Source: Anaerohalosphaeraceae bacterium
Lineage (GTDB): Bacteria; Planctomycetota; Phycisphaerae; Sedimentisphaerales; Anaerohalosphaeraceae
Direction: 5' to 3'
DNA: 64,000 nt
Assembly (NCBI GenBank): GCA_050309605.1
Contig: JBNRMN010000002.1
Location: forward strand, 1 to 64,000
Shown: positions 19,762 to 30,320 of the stretch, piece after piece
Layout: every line of letters begins with the position of its first letter
Numbering within the stretch: position 1 is the stretch's first letter
Position numbers and translations under genes: made by a program
The notes under the pieces: generated by a model
What the model was told of the DNA's origin: nothing
What the model saw: the letters and a program-made list of their open reading frames with translations, nothing else
The model's database searches: none

Positions 19762-20085
19762 TGTTCTGTTCCTTTCGTTTTGTGTTTCTGTTTTCGGTAT
19801 CGTTTTTTGTTAGTTCGTAGATTGTCCTCTGACCTCTGCCTACTGTCCTTTGTCCTCTGACGTCTGGTTTCCAGGCCGATATTCGATTGTCAAAGATCGT
19901 TGCGGCGTTTTGATGTGTGCCGCGTTGTGTTTCTACAAAAAATGTAAGAAACAAAATGGTCGAGGGGTAATGATTCGGGTCATTTTTTTAAGATTTTTTC
20001 AAAGATAAAGTCCGCCCGATAACGACGTGGTTTGTTTGTCTTTACGGCAATGCGGACGCAGCACATGTGTAGGGTCCGGCGGAGA

Positions 20086-20117
20086 CGGCAACAGCGCGGC
20101 AGCGCGAGCTGCCCGAT
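20086..20117. repeat. Third copy of a 32-bp dispersed hairpin repeat
   Basis: CGGCAACAGCGCGGCAGCGCGAGCTGSCCGAT also at 891-922 and 2865-2896. Confidence 0.8.
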
Positions 20118-20184
20118 AGGGGGGCGAATGTGTGAGGCGTTTTTAAGGCGTGCTGGTATCCGGGGGTTTTCGCGGTTCGGGTTG

Positions 20185-20311
20185 TGTTGTGGGTGATTAT
20201 CCGGGGGCTTGCGCCCCTCGGCTTTTGTTGTGGGCGATTATCCGGGGGCTTGCGCCCCTCGGCTTTTGTTGTGGGGGATTATCCGGGGGCTTGCGCCCCT
20301 CGGCTTTTGTT
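20185..20311. repeat. 3 x 41-bp tandem REP/BIME-like repeat
   Basis: TGTTGTGGGNGATTATCCGGGGGCTTGCGCCCCTCGGCTTT x3, each with a GGGGC-TTGC-GCCCC hairpin. Confidence 0.9.
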
Positions 20312-20363
20312 CGATTTTGACGGGGGTTGTGTATGGTGTGCGGGGCGGCTATAATGACCCCCT

Positions 20364-21758
20364 ATGGCGAAATTACCAGACAATTCGTTGTTTTCGCGGT
20401 CGGAACGGGCGACGCTGGCGGGTTTTGCTCCGCTGGCGGTGCGGATGCGTCCGGAACGGCTGGATGCGTTTGTCGGCCAGGCGCATTTTGTCGGGCCGGG
20501 CAAGCTGCTGCGTCGGATGCTCGAGGCCGGTCAGGTGACCAGCCTGATTTTTTACGGCCCGCCCGGCGTGGGCAAGACGACGCTGGCGCGGATTGTGGCC
20601 CATTCGATTCAGGCACAGTTTCATTATCTCAGTGCACCGGCGGCCTCGGTCAAGGATGTGCGCGAGATTGCCGCGGCGGCCAAAGACCGGCTGATTACGT
20701 CCAAACGTCGGACACTGCTTTTCATCGATGAAATCCATCGATTTAACAGGGCACAGCAGGATGTGCTGCTGGATGATGTGGAAAACGGGATATTGACGCT
20801 GATCGGGGCGACGACGGAAAATCCGTTTTTTTCGGTCAATTCGCCGCTGATCAGCCGCAGCACGGTGTTCAGTTTTGAGCCGCTTGGCCGAGAGGCGATT
20901 TTGGAATTGCTGAATCGCGCTCTGACCGACGCCGAGCGGGGGCTGGGCAAGATGCAGGTGGCTGCCGAGCCGGAGGCGCTGGATTTTTTGGCGACGATCT
21001 GCGACGGCGACGCCCGCAAGGCCCTGACGGCACTGGAAGTGGCGGTGTTGTCGCAGGCACAGGCCGAAGGGTCCGAAAAAGTACGGCTGACGCTCGATAT
21101 TGCTAAAGAATCCGTTCAGAAAAAGTCGATTCAATATGACGGGACCGGCGATACGCACTACGATCTGGCCAGTGCGCTGCAAAAGTCGATGCGCGGGTCG
21201 GATCCGGACGCGACGGTGTATTGGCTGGCGCGGATGATCGTCGGGGGTGAGGATCTGCGGTTTATCGCCCGCCGGATAATGGTGTGTGCGGCCGAGGATG
21301 TGGGTAACGCCGATCCGATGGCGACGATATTGGCGGCGTCGGCGATGCAGATTGCCGAGTTTATCGGTTTTCCGGAGGCCCAGCTTCCGCTGGCGCAGGC
21401 GGCGATTTATATTGCCTGTGCGCCGAAATCCAACGCCTGTGCCAATGCGATTTGGCAGGCGTGTTCGGATGTGCAGTCGGGGCGGACGATTCCGGTGCCG
21501 CCGCACCTGCGGGATGCGCATTACGCCGGGGCCAAACAGCTCGGCCACGGCGCCGGTTATCAGTATCCGCACAAAAGCCCGGTCGGCTATGTTGAACAGG
21601 ACTATCTCGGTCAGAAACTCGATAAGCCGTACTATCAGCCGAAAGCAATCGGACGTGAAAAAATCATTGCCGATTATTTACAAAAACTGAAAAATCATGT
21701 ACAACAGATGGGCGAAAACCGCTCTGAACCCGTAGAAAAGAGACCTGATGACAGATAA
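20364..21758 (+). CDS. rarA: Replication-associated recombination protein A (MgsA)
   Basis: PLAVRMRP, GPPGVGKTT, FIDEIHRFNRAQQD, KSMRGSDPDA. Confidence 0.95.
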   Translation: MAKLPDNSLFSRSERATLAGFAPLAVRMRPERLDAFVGQAHFVGPGKLLRRMLEAGQVTSLIFYGPPGVGKTTLARIVAHSIQAQFHYLSAPAASVKDVREIAAAAKDRLITSKRRTLLFIDEIHRFNRAQQDVLLDDVENGILTLIGATTENPFFSVNSPLISRSTVFSFEPLGREAILELLNRALTDAERGLGKMQVAAEPEALDFLATICDGDARKALTALEVAVLSQAQAEGSEKVRLTLDIAKESVQKKSIQYDGTGDTHYDLASALQKSMRGSDPDATVYWLARMIVGGEDLRFIARRIMVCAAEDVGNADPMATILAASAMQIAEFIGFPEAQLPLAQAAIYIACAPKSNACANAIWQACSDVQSGRTIPVPPHLRDAHYAGAKQLGHGAGYQYPHKSPVGYVEQDYLGQKLDKPYYQPKAIGREKIIADYLQKLKNHVQQMGENRSEPVEKRPDDR

Positions 21759-22323
21759 AGCTCAAATGCGTCGAGAATTGAAGAGCCGACTGGCTCAGAT
21801 TCGTCCGGAAGACCGCATCGAAAAAAGCCGCAGGATATGCGGCTATATTCTTGATTCCGAGCCGTATCGGTCCGCGTCGGTGGTGATGTTGTTTTTGTCG
21901 CTGCCGCATGAAGTGGATACGACGCCGCTGATATTGGCGGCCTGGCAGCAGGGTAAGACCGTGGCGGTGCCGAAGATGTCTTGGGAGCAGCGTCATATGA
22001 TACCGGTCGAGATTACCTCGCTGGAAACGGGACTTCAGGAAGATCGGATGGGGCTTCGCAATCCGGTTTCCGGAGCGCCTGTGCCTTATGAGGATATTGA
22101 TCTGGTGGTAACGCCGGGTCTGGGATTTGATCGGCATGGCAATCGGCTTGGCCGCGGCGGGGCGTACTATGACCGTTTTTTCTCGATGCACCCTGTGACA
22201 GCGGCCAAATGGGGCGTCGGTTTTTCCGAGCAGCTTTGTCCTGAGATTCCGCATGACCAGAACGATGTGCCGGTGGATGCGGTGGTTACCGAGCAGGGGG
22301 TTATTCATTGCAGCCTGTCGTGA
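21748..22323 (+). CDS. 5-formyltetrahydrofolate cyclo-ligase
   Basis: PGLGFDRHGNRLGRGGAYYDRF. Confidence 0.93.
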   Translation: MTDKAQMRRELKSRLAQIRPEDRIEKSRRICGYILDSEPYRSASVVMLFLSLPHEVDTTPLILAAWQQGKTVAVPKMSWEQRHMIPVEITSLETGLQEDRMGLRNPVSGAPVPYEDIDLVVTPGLGFDRHGNRLGRGGAYYDRFFSMHPVTAAKWGVGFSEQLCPEIPHDQNDVPVDAVVTEQGVIHCSLS

Positions 22324-22466
22324 GCCATCGGCGCGTGGAAAGATTTCATCACAATCGATGCCAAACTTTTGAAAATCTAATGGATTCAATGCCTTACGGA
22401 TTTTGTATTTTGAATCGCGTGCATAAAAAACAAGATGTATTTCTATTGTAGTATGGAGGTGTCGTT

Positions 22467-23627
22467 TTGGCACAAGTTTTCAGACCTTATACCGCAAGCC
22501 GTCAGCGCCGCGGGCGTCATGTAAAAATGCTGATGCTGACGCTGATCGTAGTGATTGTGGGGGTGGTGATTTTGATTAAAAGTCAGACCGTCGAGGCGCC
22601 GGCGACGGGTGACTCCTCATCGCCGCCGCGGGTTGAGCTTGACGAGGTGCTGCCGCCGTCGCGCAGTGCCGGTCCATCTGCTCAAGCCCCGTCGCCGACG
22701 GCTGCACCGCCGGTCAATGAGCCGCCTGTTTCGGAGCCGGAGCCGGAGTCGGAGCCGGCGGCTGTGTCGGCATCGGAGCCGGAAGCTGCGGCTGTTGCGT
22801 CCGCACAGACCTCGGCGGAACAGACGGCTGGCCAGACCTCGCCTGAACGCCAGTCGGGGGATAAAACCAGCCTTGAGGCCCAGCGTCTGATCGAAGAGGC
22901 GCTGACGCTGCGCGACCGGGGGCGGGTCATCGCGGCACGGGATAAGCTCAATCAAGCACTGACGATGCAGTTAAGCCCTCAGATTCGTACCGGCGTCAAG
23001 GTGCAGTTGGCCAGTCTGGCGGATAAGTGGCTGTTCAGTCGTGATGTGCTCGAAGGCGACAAGCTGACGGGGTATTATCTGGTCAAGCCGGGCGAATTGC
23101 TGGCCAAGATCGGTCGTGAACACAAAGTGCCCTATGAGATTCTGATGCGCATCAACGGGATTGAGCGGCCGGAACTGCTTCAGGCCGGACGGCGGATCAA
23201 AGTCATTCATGGGCCGTTTCATGCGGTTGTTAATCGCACAACATACACCATGGACTTGTATCTTCAGGATGTGTATGTCAAGAGTTATCAAGTCGGCCTG
23301 GGCAGACCCGAGCATACGACGCCGACCGGGCGCTGGGTCGTTGCGCCGGGCGGCAAGATGATCAAGCCCACCTGGACGGATCCGGATACCGGCAAAACGT
23401 ATAAAGGCAGCGATCCGGACTATCCGCTGGGATCGCGCTGGATCGCTTTGGACGGCATTGAGGGCAACGCCAGAGGACGCACGGGGTTTGCCCTGCACGG
23501 CACGCATGAGCCGGAGACCATCGGCACGCAGTCCAGCCGCGGCTGTATTCGCCTGCATAACGGCGATGTGATTGAAGTGTATGAGGTGTTGGAGCCGGGG
23601 CATTCGAATGTGCAGGTGACCGATTGA
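22467..23627 (+). CDS. LysM + L,D-transpeptidase (YkuD) protein
   Basis: YLVKPGELLAKIG LysM; FALHGT...SRGCIRL catalytic motif; TM and Pro-rich linker. Confidence 0.9.
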   Translation: MAQVFRPYTASRQRRGRHVKMLMLTLIVVIVGVVILIKSQTVEAPATGDSSSPPRVELDEVLPPSRSAGPSAQAPSPTAAPPVNEPPVSEPEPESEPAAVSASEPEAAAVASAQTSAEQTAGQTSPERQSGDKTSLEAQRLIEEALTLRDRGRVIAARDKLNQALTMQLSPQIRTGVKVQLASLADKWLFSRDVLEGDKLTGYYLVKPGELLAKIGREHKVPYEILMRINGIERPELLQAGRRIKVIHGPFHAVVNRTTYTMDLYLQDVYVKSYQVGLGRPEHTTPTGRWVVAPGGKMIKPTWTDPDTGKTYKGSDPDYPLGSRWIALDGIEGNARGRTGFALHGTHEPETIGTQSSRGCIRLHNGDVIEVYEVLEPGHSNVQVTD

Positions 23628-23690
23628 GGTCAGAAGTCAGAGGTCAGAGGTCAGAGGGATTTTTTTGGTGTTATTTGAGGATGTACGGCG

Positions 23691-24578
23691 GTGTCGAGAG
23701 GGCGATTTTTCACACGACGCTCGGCGTCTGATTCCGTGCGGGTCGGTGCGCTGAGCCTGTCCGTTGCGGTTCATCTGGCGGCGTTGACCGTGCTGGGATC
23801 GGTGCATTTCCGACGTGATGCCGAGATGCCGGCTGAAGCGGTTTCGGCGGATATTTCCGTTCACGTGGTTGAACGGATTCTTGAATCGCCGCCGGCGCCC
23901 AAACCCAAGCCGAGGATTGAGCCGACACCTGCCCCGACCGTGGCGCGCCCCTTGCCCAAGCCCGCTGAGCCTGCGCCGCCGTCGCCTAAGCAGGAACCGG
24001 CACAACCGGTCGTTTCGAAACCGGACAGCCGTCCGGCGGATACGGTGTTTTTTTCCGGTACGACCGTCGCGGCCAAGCGAGTGTGCTATGTGGTGGACGG
24101 TTCGGGCAGTATGTTTGGGCTGATGTATCTGGTGCGCGAGCAGTTGCGTGAGTCGATTCTGAAATTGTCGGCCGAGCAGTCGTTTAATGTGGTGTTTTTT
24201 ATGGAAAACGGGCAGCTTTTGCAGGCGTTCGAGGGGACGCTTGAGAAGGCAAGCCCGTCGGCCAAGGCCGAGGCGCTGAATTTGCTCGGACGTATCCGGC
24301 CGGGAGGACAGACGATTGCCGAAGACGCGCTCGGGGCGGCTATGACGATGCGCGACAAAAGCGGACGCCGGGCGGAAGTGCTCTATTTTGTAACTGATGG
24401 GTTTGACCTGATGGACGGTGACGGTCAGGCGTTTATCCGACGGATTGACGCCCTTCGACAGTCGGTATCGCCGGGGACGGTCGTCCACACCATCGGCATC
24501 TATCCGGAAGCACGGGACAGCGGCATTCTGTCGCGATTGGCGCAGGTGTGCGGCGGGCGGTATATCGAGGTGAATTGA
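23691..24578 (+). CDS. Membrane-anchored vWA domain protein
   Basis: MIDAS VVDGSGSM, FVTDG, VHTIGI; Pro-rich linker. Confidence 0.8.
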   Translation: MSRGRFFTRRSASDSVRVGALSLSVAVHLAALTVLGSVHFRRDAEMPAEAVSADISVHVVERILESPPAPKPKPRIEPTPAPTVARPLPKPAEPAPPSPKQEPAQPVVSKPDSRPADTVFFSGTTVAAKRVCYVVDGSGSMFGLMYLVREQLRESILKLSAEQSFNVVFFMENGQLLQAFEGTLEKASPSAKAEALNLLGRIRPGGQTIAEDALGAAMTMRDKSGRRAEVLYFVTDGFDLMDGDGQAFIRRIDALRQSVSPGTVVHTIGIYPEARDSGILSRLAQVCGGRYIEVN

Positions 24579-24806
24579 GTGCCCACCGGCATCGTGTTTT
24601 GCGCCAGGGGATGTGGCTGTTGTATTCATTGGCATGGGTTATCGCGATACTGGTTTGCGCGACGCCGGTTAAATGGGAGAAAAAGCAAATTTTTTAAGAA
24701 ATTATGTTTTTTTCCTGTAACGGAGGTATAATAGAAACGTCCTCTTAAACAGGATGAACAGGACTTTTTACAGGACATTCTATATCCATCAATTAAGGAG
24801 ACGGTT

Positions 24807-27695
24807 ATGATATTTCCGAGAACCGGCATTATTGCATCCTTTTTTCTGATTTTTTCGATGGGTGCATTGGGGGATGTGCAATGGCTGCGTTATCGAACCA
24901 GTGAGGATGTGGGCCAGGAGGTGGGCGCCTCGGTGAACCGGTATTATCGCAGTTTTGAGTCGCAGCGTCCGGAGCACGTGCGGTGTCCGGAATTCAAATC
25001 CGACAGTCCCTTGTTTATTAAATGGAACACCCCGATGGACGGGCAGGGTTTTCGGTGGATCGCGTTGGATCGTTCGACGCCGTATGGACAATATGATCTG
25101 TTGTATATCGATTCAAACGGCGACGGGCATCTGGATGACGAGAAGCCGTATCAGGGGCGGCGAAGCGATCAGTATCGTATGGCCTTTCATCCGTTTCCTG
25201 TCTATCTGACCGGCGAGGACGGGCCGATTACCTATCATCTGGCGTGCCAATTCTACAGCTATGATGAGCGCAGTCGATATTTGATGATGTCTTCGGGCGG
25301 TTATTATGAAGGGACGGTGTTGATCGGCGGCGAACCGGTTGGGTGTGTTCTGGTGGATACCAACGGCAACGGGACGTTTGACGATACGGCTGAGGACTTT
25401 AACGCCGACCGGATTTTGCTGGGTGAAGGACAAAATCGGCGGGAGTATTTTGTGGGTCGCTATCTGGATTATGAAGGGACGTTGTATCGGCTTCAGATTG
25501 CACGCGACGGGGCGTTTGTGTCTCTTGCGGCTGCGCCCGACGTATCGTTTGGGGTCGTGCAGGTTCCCGAAGGTTTGACGAAATTCTCGGCCGGGGGTGT
25601 TAATGGAATGTATCACATGTCGCCGGAAAACGGGCACGTGCGCCTGCCGGAAGGGACGTATCGGGTGTATCAATGGGAGTTGGTTCGTCAGGACAAGGGG
25701 CAGGACTGGACCTTGCGGGGAAGCAATTTTCCGCGTCAGCAGAGTTTTACGGTCAGCGCCGATACGCCGGCGAGGGTGGCTGTCGGCGAGCCGGTATTTT
25801 CGCGGCTGTCGGTTTCCGAACGACAGGGAATCTATTCGATCAATCAGGAACTTCGGGGCAAGATGAACGAGCAGGTCAGTGTGCTGCGAAACGGTCGGCA
25901 GCCGCCGGCGCCGAAGGTGCATATTCGCAGCCAAACGGGCGCGTATGACCGGACGTTTTCGCTGGAGTATGGGTGAGGCGGTACCTGTTCGCTCTCGTGG
26001 CGAGAGCCGAGGAATATTGAGCGTCCGTATGTTATAACGCCGCTGGTCGAGGGGCCGTTTGATATACGGCAGATGCGCTATGTTTTTAAGCCGCTGCATC
26101 GTTCGGTACCGGTCGTCGGGCCGTGGATTGCCGAGGTTGCCGCCGATGAGGCGCTGCGCGTGGTGGTTGACGGTACGGGGCTGGTTGACCGTAACGGCGA
26201 CCGTTTGCCGGAGCATTTGACGCAAACCGAGACGCAGTGGATTGTATCGCAAGAGGAGGTGGGAGAAGGGCTTGTCTTTGATTTCGGCCAAGCGGTCGAG
26301 TTGGAAACGCTTCAAATCTGGAATTACAATGAGCCGGGCTATACATCGCGCGGCGTCGCGCAGGCGGATGTATCGGTCTGGACGTCTGAAGGCGACTGGA
26401 AGACGGTTTTGCGCGGCGCGTCGCTGCAAGAAGCCGAAGGGACAGACCAGTATGATGAGCCGACCCTGCTGAGGCTTGTCCCGACGCGGGCCGAGAAGGT
26501 GCGGCTGAGCAATCTTAAGCCGTTTGCCGATGAGGGGTTTGTCGGTTTGTCGGCGATCCGGTTTTATGAGAAGGCCACGTTGGCGGCCTGCAATCCGCAG
26601 CCGCCGGGAGGGGCATCGCTGCCGTTCAGTTCTCAGGCGACGTTGTTCTGGACGCCGGGTAAAGAGGCGGCTGCGTATGATGTGTACGCCGGAATCGACG
26701 GTCAAGAGCCGGCGTTTTTGGGTCGCATTGCGGAATCTCAGGTCAAACTGGTCGGGCTGGTCGGCGAACGAACATATCGGTGGCGCATTGATGCGGTACA
26801 AACGAATGGTACCGTTACGCAAGGGCCGCTGTGGTCGTTTTCGGTTGAGCCGGGCCGCTGTGTGGCGCATTGGCCGTTTGATGAACACGAAGGCCAAACG
26901 GCTGCCGATTCGCTCGGTCAGGCGGCCGGTGTGTTGAGAGGTGAACCGGCGTGGCTGATTGACGGCGGACGGATTGACGGGGCCATCGAGCTGGACGGTC
27001 AGCGTGATTTTGTCGAAACGCCGGCGCTGCATTTGAACACTGATACGCTGACGATGACTGTCTGGCTGCGGGCTGATCCGCCGCCGAATCAACTGACCGG
27101 CGTGATGTTCTGCCGCACGCCTTCGACGGTGGCGGGAATTCACTTGAGCGGTACGAATCTGCGGTATCACTGGAATGATCTTCCGGAAAGTTATAATTGG
27201 GACAGCGGACTGAGTCTTCCGACGGATGGCAGGTGGGTGTTTGCCGCCCTGACGGTTACGCCGGAGTCGGCCAGGCTGTACCTGCATCATGACGGTGAGC
27301 TGAAGACAGCGGAAAATCGTCTCGTTCATTCCGTTCAGCCCTTTGACGGGCCGTTGACATTGGGATGTGACGGCGGGATCAATGACCGCAATTTCAAAGG
27401 TCGTATGGATGATGCGCGGGTGTATAATTATGCGCTGACTGCTGAACAGATTCTTGCACTGGCCGAGGGACGTGAGCCGGCGGATTACGCTTCAGATGCG
27501 GCGCCGTCGCTGGCGCTGGCCGGTGCGGAATTGATCCAGCGCGACGCGGATTTGAAGGCGATCGCCGAGGCTCGGCAGCGCGAGCGACAAGCGGCTCCGC
27601 CGGCCGAGGTGCGCCGACGCAATATCCTGCCGGTGCTGGTGATTGTGGCGTTGATTGCCGCCGCGGCGGTGGTCTTGGGCAGGAAGTCCGCATAA
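24807..27695 (+). CDS. Candidate exported selenoprotein (962 aa, Sec390) with galactose-binding-like, Fn3-like and LamG domains and a C-terminal TM anchor
   Basis: ORFs 24807-25976 and 26073-27695 are in one frame, separated only by TGA 25974-25976 (YG-U-GGTCSLSWREP); SECIS-like hairpin follows; signal peptide; LamG motifs VAHWPFDE and FKGRMDDARVYNYALT. Confidence 0.8.
25991..26007 (+). promoter_or_regulatory. Bacterial SECIS-like hairpin 1
   Basis: GCTCTCG-TGG-CGAGAGC, after a 14-nt spacer from the TGA. Confidence 0.8.
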
Positions 27696-27819
27696 ACCGC
27701 AGAATAAGCAGTGAAACGTCAGATTTCACAAACTAAACAGAGAACGTTCTATTATGCGGCACGATCCTTCCGGCCGTATTGAAGGGGGATCGTGCCCGTG
27801 CTGCAAGGGAGGTTTCAGG

Positions 27820-30258
27820 ATGCGTCAAGTCATAAGCAGAAACGGGTGGACGTGGGTTATGGTTGTGTCGGCGGTACTCGGTGCGGCTGAGGCGAAAACG
27901 CTCAAAGGCACGGTCACCGGTCCTGACGGCGCACCGGTGGACGGCGCGGCGGTGAGTGTCTATGCGGCCCAGCTTAAGATTGAATCGCTTGCTTTTGAGG
28001 TTCAGCCGGTCGGTCAGACGACGACGTGTTCGTCGGGACTGTTTTCGGTGGAGACGGATGTTCAGATGCTGTCCAGCGAGGGAGGCTGGCTGTTTTTTGC
28101 GGAAAAGCCGGGCCTGTCAATCGGTTTTTCTTTGCTGCAAGACTTCTCGGAGGACAGCACGTCGCTTCAACTGACCGCGCCGCAGACATTGGCCGGACGG
28201 ATTGAGGATATTCACGGTAATGCGGTTGCCGGGGCCGGGGTGCGTCTGCTGGTTTTATCGGTTCCGGGTGAGCGTGAGTGCTATACGCTGGGGCTTGAGC
28301 CGATCCCGTTTTTTGCTGCGGAAACGGATGCGCAGGGGCGATTTGAATTCGCGAATCTGCCGGAAAACTGTACGGCTGAACTCTTGGCCAAAAAGGCGGG
28401 ACTGGCGACCTTTCATACGCTGACGTCCAACATCAATCCGCAAACGGGGCTGAGTTTTTCGGTCGGGCAGGAAGATATTGTCCTGACCTTATCCGAGGCG
28501 TGTCGAATCAGCGGTATAGTGACCGACCAGGACAATCAGCCGGTGGGTCATGTGCAGATTGTGGCGATTGAAGCGGACCATCCGCAGATCGGGATTTTTA
28601 CCCGGAATCTAACACGCGCCGAGGCCGACGGGACATTCAGCTTCGGCGGCCTGTCGGCCGGGTCATATCGACTCAGTGTGATTGATGCGGACTGGATGTC
28701 CGAGCCGGTTACCGTGGAGGTCAAGACGGAGGTGGGTGTGCCGCTGAAGGTCGTCAAGGGCAGCCTGCTGACAGTGACGGTGGTGGACGGCGTTTCCAAT
28801 CAGCCGGTTGGATCGGCTCAAGTCAATGTGAGTCCGCAGGATGAACGCAGCAGTTTCTCGTTCGGCAGGGGCACGACCGATCCGGAGGGCAAAGTGCAAA
28901 GTCGCGTTTTGCCGGGGACGTATAATGTGTACGTCAGTGCGCCCGGATATCGCAGCAGCCGCAGTGTCGCGGCGGTCGTGGAAGACGGCAAGACCAATGA
29001 GATCACGATTATGCTGGGCGCAACGGCCCGCATTGCCGGAACGGTTACCGATTCCGACGGGCGGCCCGTTGCAGGGGCACAAGTCTTTGTGCTCCCCTTT
29101 TCGGGTAATGTGCGGGACGCCATACAGACAACCGACGAAAAGGGGCACTTTACCCTTGGGTGGGATCCGGAGCAGATCAGTTGGGTACAGGGTGAATTCT
29201 ATCTTGCCGCGATTGACAAAAGCAGCAACCGTGCGGTGATTGAGCCGATTGACGCGGACACCACGGACATCCAGCTTACCCTTCAGCCCGGTCTGACGAT
29301 CACCGGCAAAGTGACCGGCCCGGACGGCGAATCTCTGGCCGGGGCGGGGGTGAATGTGCAGTTTCGCGGCTCAAACTGGTCTTCGACGCTTCAGGGATAC
29401 ACCGCCCAAACCGACCGGGACGGGATGTATCGTATTGCCGCCATACCGCCGCAGCAGCGGTATTACTTATTCATCAGTGGGCCGACCGGTTATGGCACCG
29501 GGTCGGTTAATCTGGAGTTACCGACGGACGGCGATGTGGTTACCGCATCCGATACGGTGCTGAAATTGGCCAATCTGTCGGTATCCGGCAAGGTGGTTGA
29601 TGAGGACGGCAATCCGCTGGAGGGGGTGAATCTGCATTGTTACGGCTCCGGCCAGCCCAGCGCCCAGGCGCGAACCGGCACGGATGGGACATTTGTGTTT
29701 GATGCGGTCTGCCAAGGCGATCTGTCCATTCAGGCCAATTATCAAAAAGACGGCGAGTATATGTATTCCAATGTCCGAACCGAAGGCGGAGCGCAGGAGG
29801 TCACGATCGTCCTGGGCCCGCAAAGCTCCGGCGGCGGCTATGTGCCGCGACGGCCGGCCCCGCTGGTCGGCAAGCTGCTGCCGGATTTGTCGGGGTACGG
29901 CATTGAGCTTGAGAGGCAGGCCGGGCCGGTGCTGGTATGCGTCTGGGACTGGCGGCAGCGGCCGAGCCGTTATATGGTGCGGCAACTGGCCGCGCGGGCC
30001 GGTGCGCTGGCCGAGCGGTCGGTACAGGTCGTGCTGCTCAATGGCGAATCGACGGAACGTGAGCCGCTCGATGCGTGGCTGGCTGATTTTGACATTCCGT
30101 TCGTCTGCGGCGTTATCGCCATCGACCCCGATAATTCTCGATTTAATCTCGGCGTCCAGGCGATGCCGTGGCTGATTTTAACCGATGGTCAGCGCAAGGT
30201 CATTGCTGAAGGGTTTGCGCTGTCCGAATTGACTGATAAGCTGGGCGGACTGCAATAA
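27820..30258 (+). CDS. Exported protein with carboxypeptidase-regulatory-like repeats and a C-terminal thioredoxin-like domain lacking CxxC
   Basis: Repeated ISGxVTDxDGxPVAGAxV...TDxxGxF units; C-terminal LVGKLLPDL...VCVWDWRQRPSR...GVQAMPWLILTD. Confidence 0.75.
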   Translation: MRQVISRNGWTWVMVVSAVLGAAEAKTLKGTVTGPDGAPVDGAAVSVYAAQLKIESLAFEVQPVGQTTTCSSGLFSVETDVQMLSSEGGWLFFAEKPGLSIGFSLLQDFSEDSTSLQLTAPQTLAGRIEDIHGNAVAGAGVRLLVLSVPGERECYTLGLEPIPFFAAETDAQGRFEFANLPENCTAELLAKKAGLATFHTLTSNINPQTGLSFSVGQEDIVLTLSEACRISGIVTDQDNQPVGHVQIVAIEADHPQIGIFTRNLTRAEADGTFSFGGLSAGSYRLSVIDADWMSEPVTVEVKTEVGVPLKVVKGSLLTVTVVDGVSNQPVGSAQVNVSPQDERSSFSFGRGTTDPEGKVQSRVLPGTYNVYVSAPGYRSSRSVAAVVEDGKTNEITIMLGATARIAGTVTDSDGRPVAGAQVFVLPFSGNVRDAIQTTDEKGHFTLGWDPEQISWVQGEFYLAAIDKSSNRAVIEPIDADTTDIQLTLQPGLTITGKVTGPDGESLAGAGVNVQFRGSNWSSTLQGYTAQTDRDGMYRIAAIPPQQRYYLFISGPTGYGTGSVNLELPTDGDVVTASDTVLKLANLSVSGKVVDEDGNPLEGVNLHCYGSGQPSAQARTGTDGTFVFDAVCQGDLSIQANYQKDGEYMYSNVRTEGGAQEVTIVLGPQSSGGGYVPRRPAPLVGKLLPDLSGYGIELERQAGPVLVCVWDWRQRPSRYMVRQLAARAGALAERSVQVVLLNGESTEREPLDAWLADFDIPFVCGVIAIDPDNSRFNLGVQAMPWLILTDGQRKVIAEGFALSELTDKLGGLQ

Positions 30259-30320
30259 GACGACAGCACAGCAGGGGTGTTTTATTCGGCTGTTGATGTG
30301 ATTATGTTCAGGGAGTTGAG

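Noticed and set aside
20185..20311. CRISPR array
   Set aside because: Units abut with no unique spacers and there are no cas genes; it is a tandem REP-like repeat.
21700..21760. 6S RNA upstream of the 5-FCL gene
   Set aside because: rarA overlaps the 5-FCL start, leaving no room.
22309..22370. Sec readthrough at CSLS-TGA of 5-FCL
   Set aside because: The protein is already complete, and there is no small-loop hairpin at the +22 spacing seen at the three accepted sites.
25113..27329. 738-aa minus-strand ORF
   Set aside because: Arg-rich shadow of the plus-strand gene with no motifs; the same applies to other long antisense ORFs such as 4473-5918, 37304-38767 and 58717-59988.
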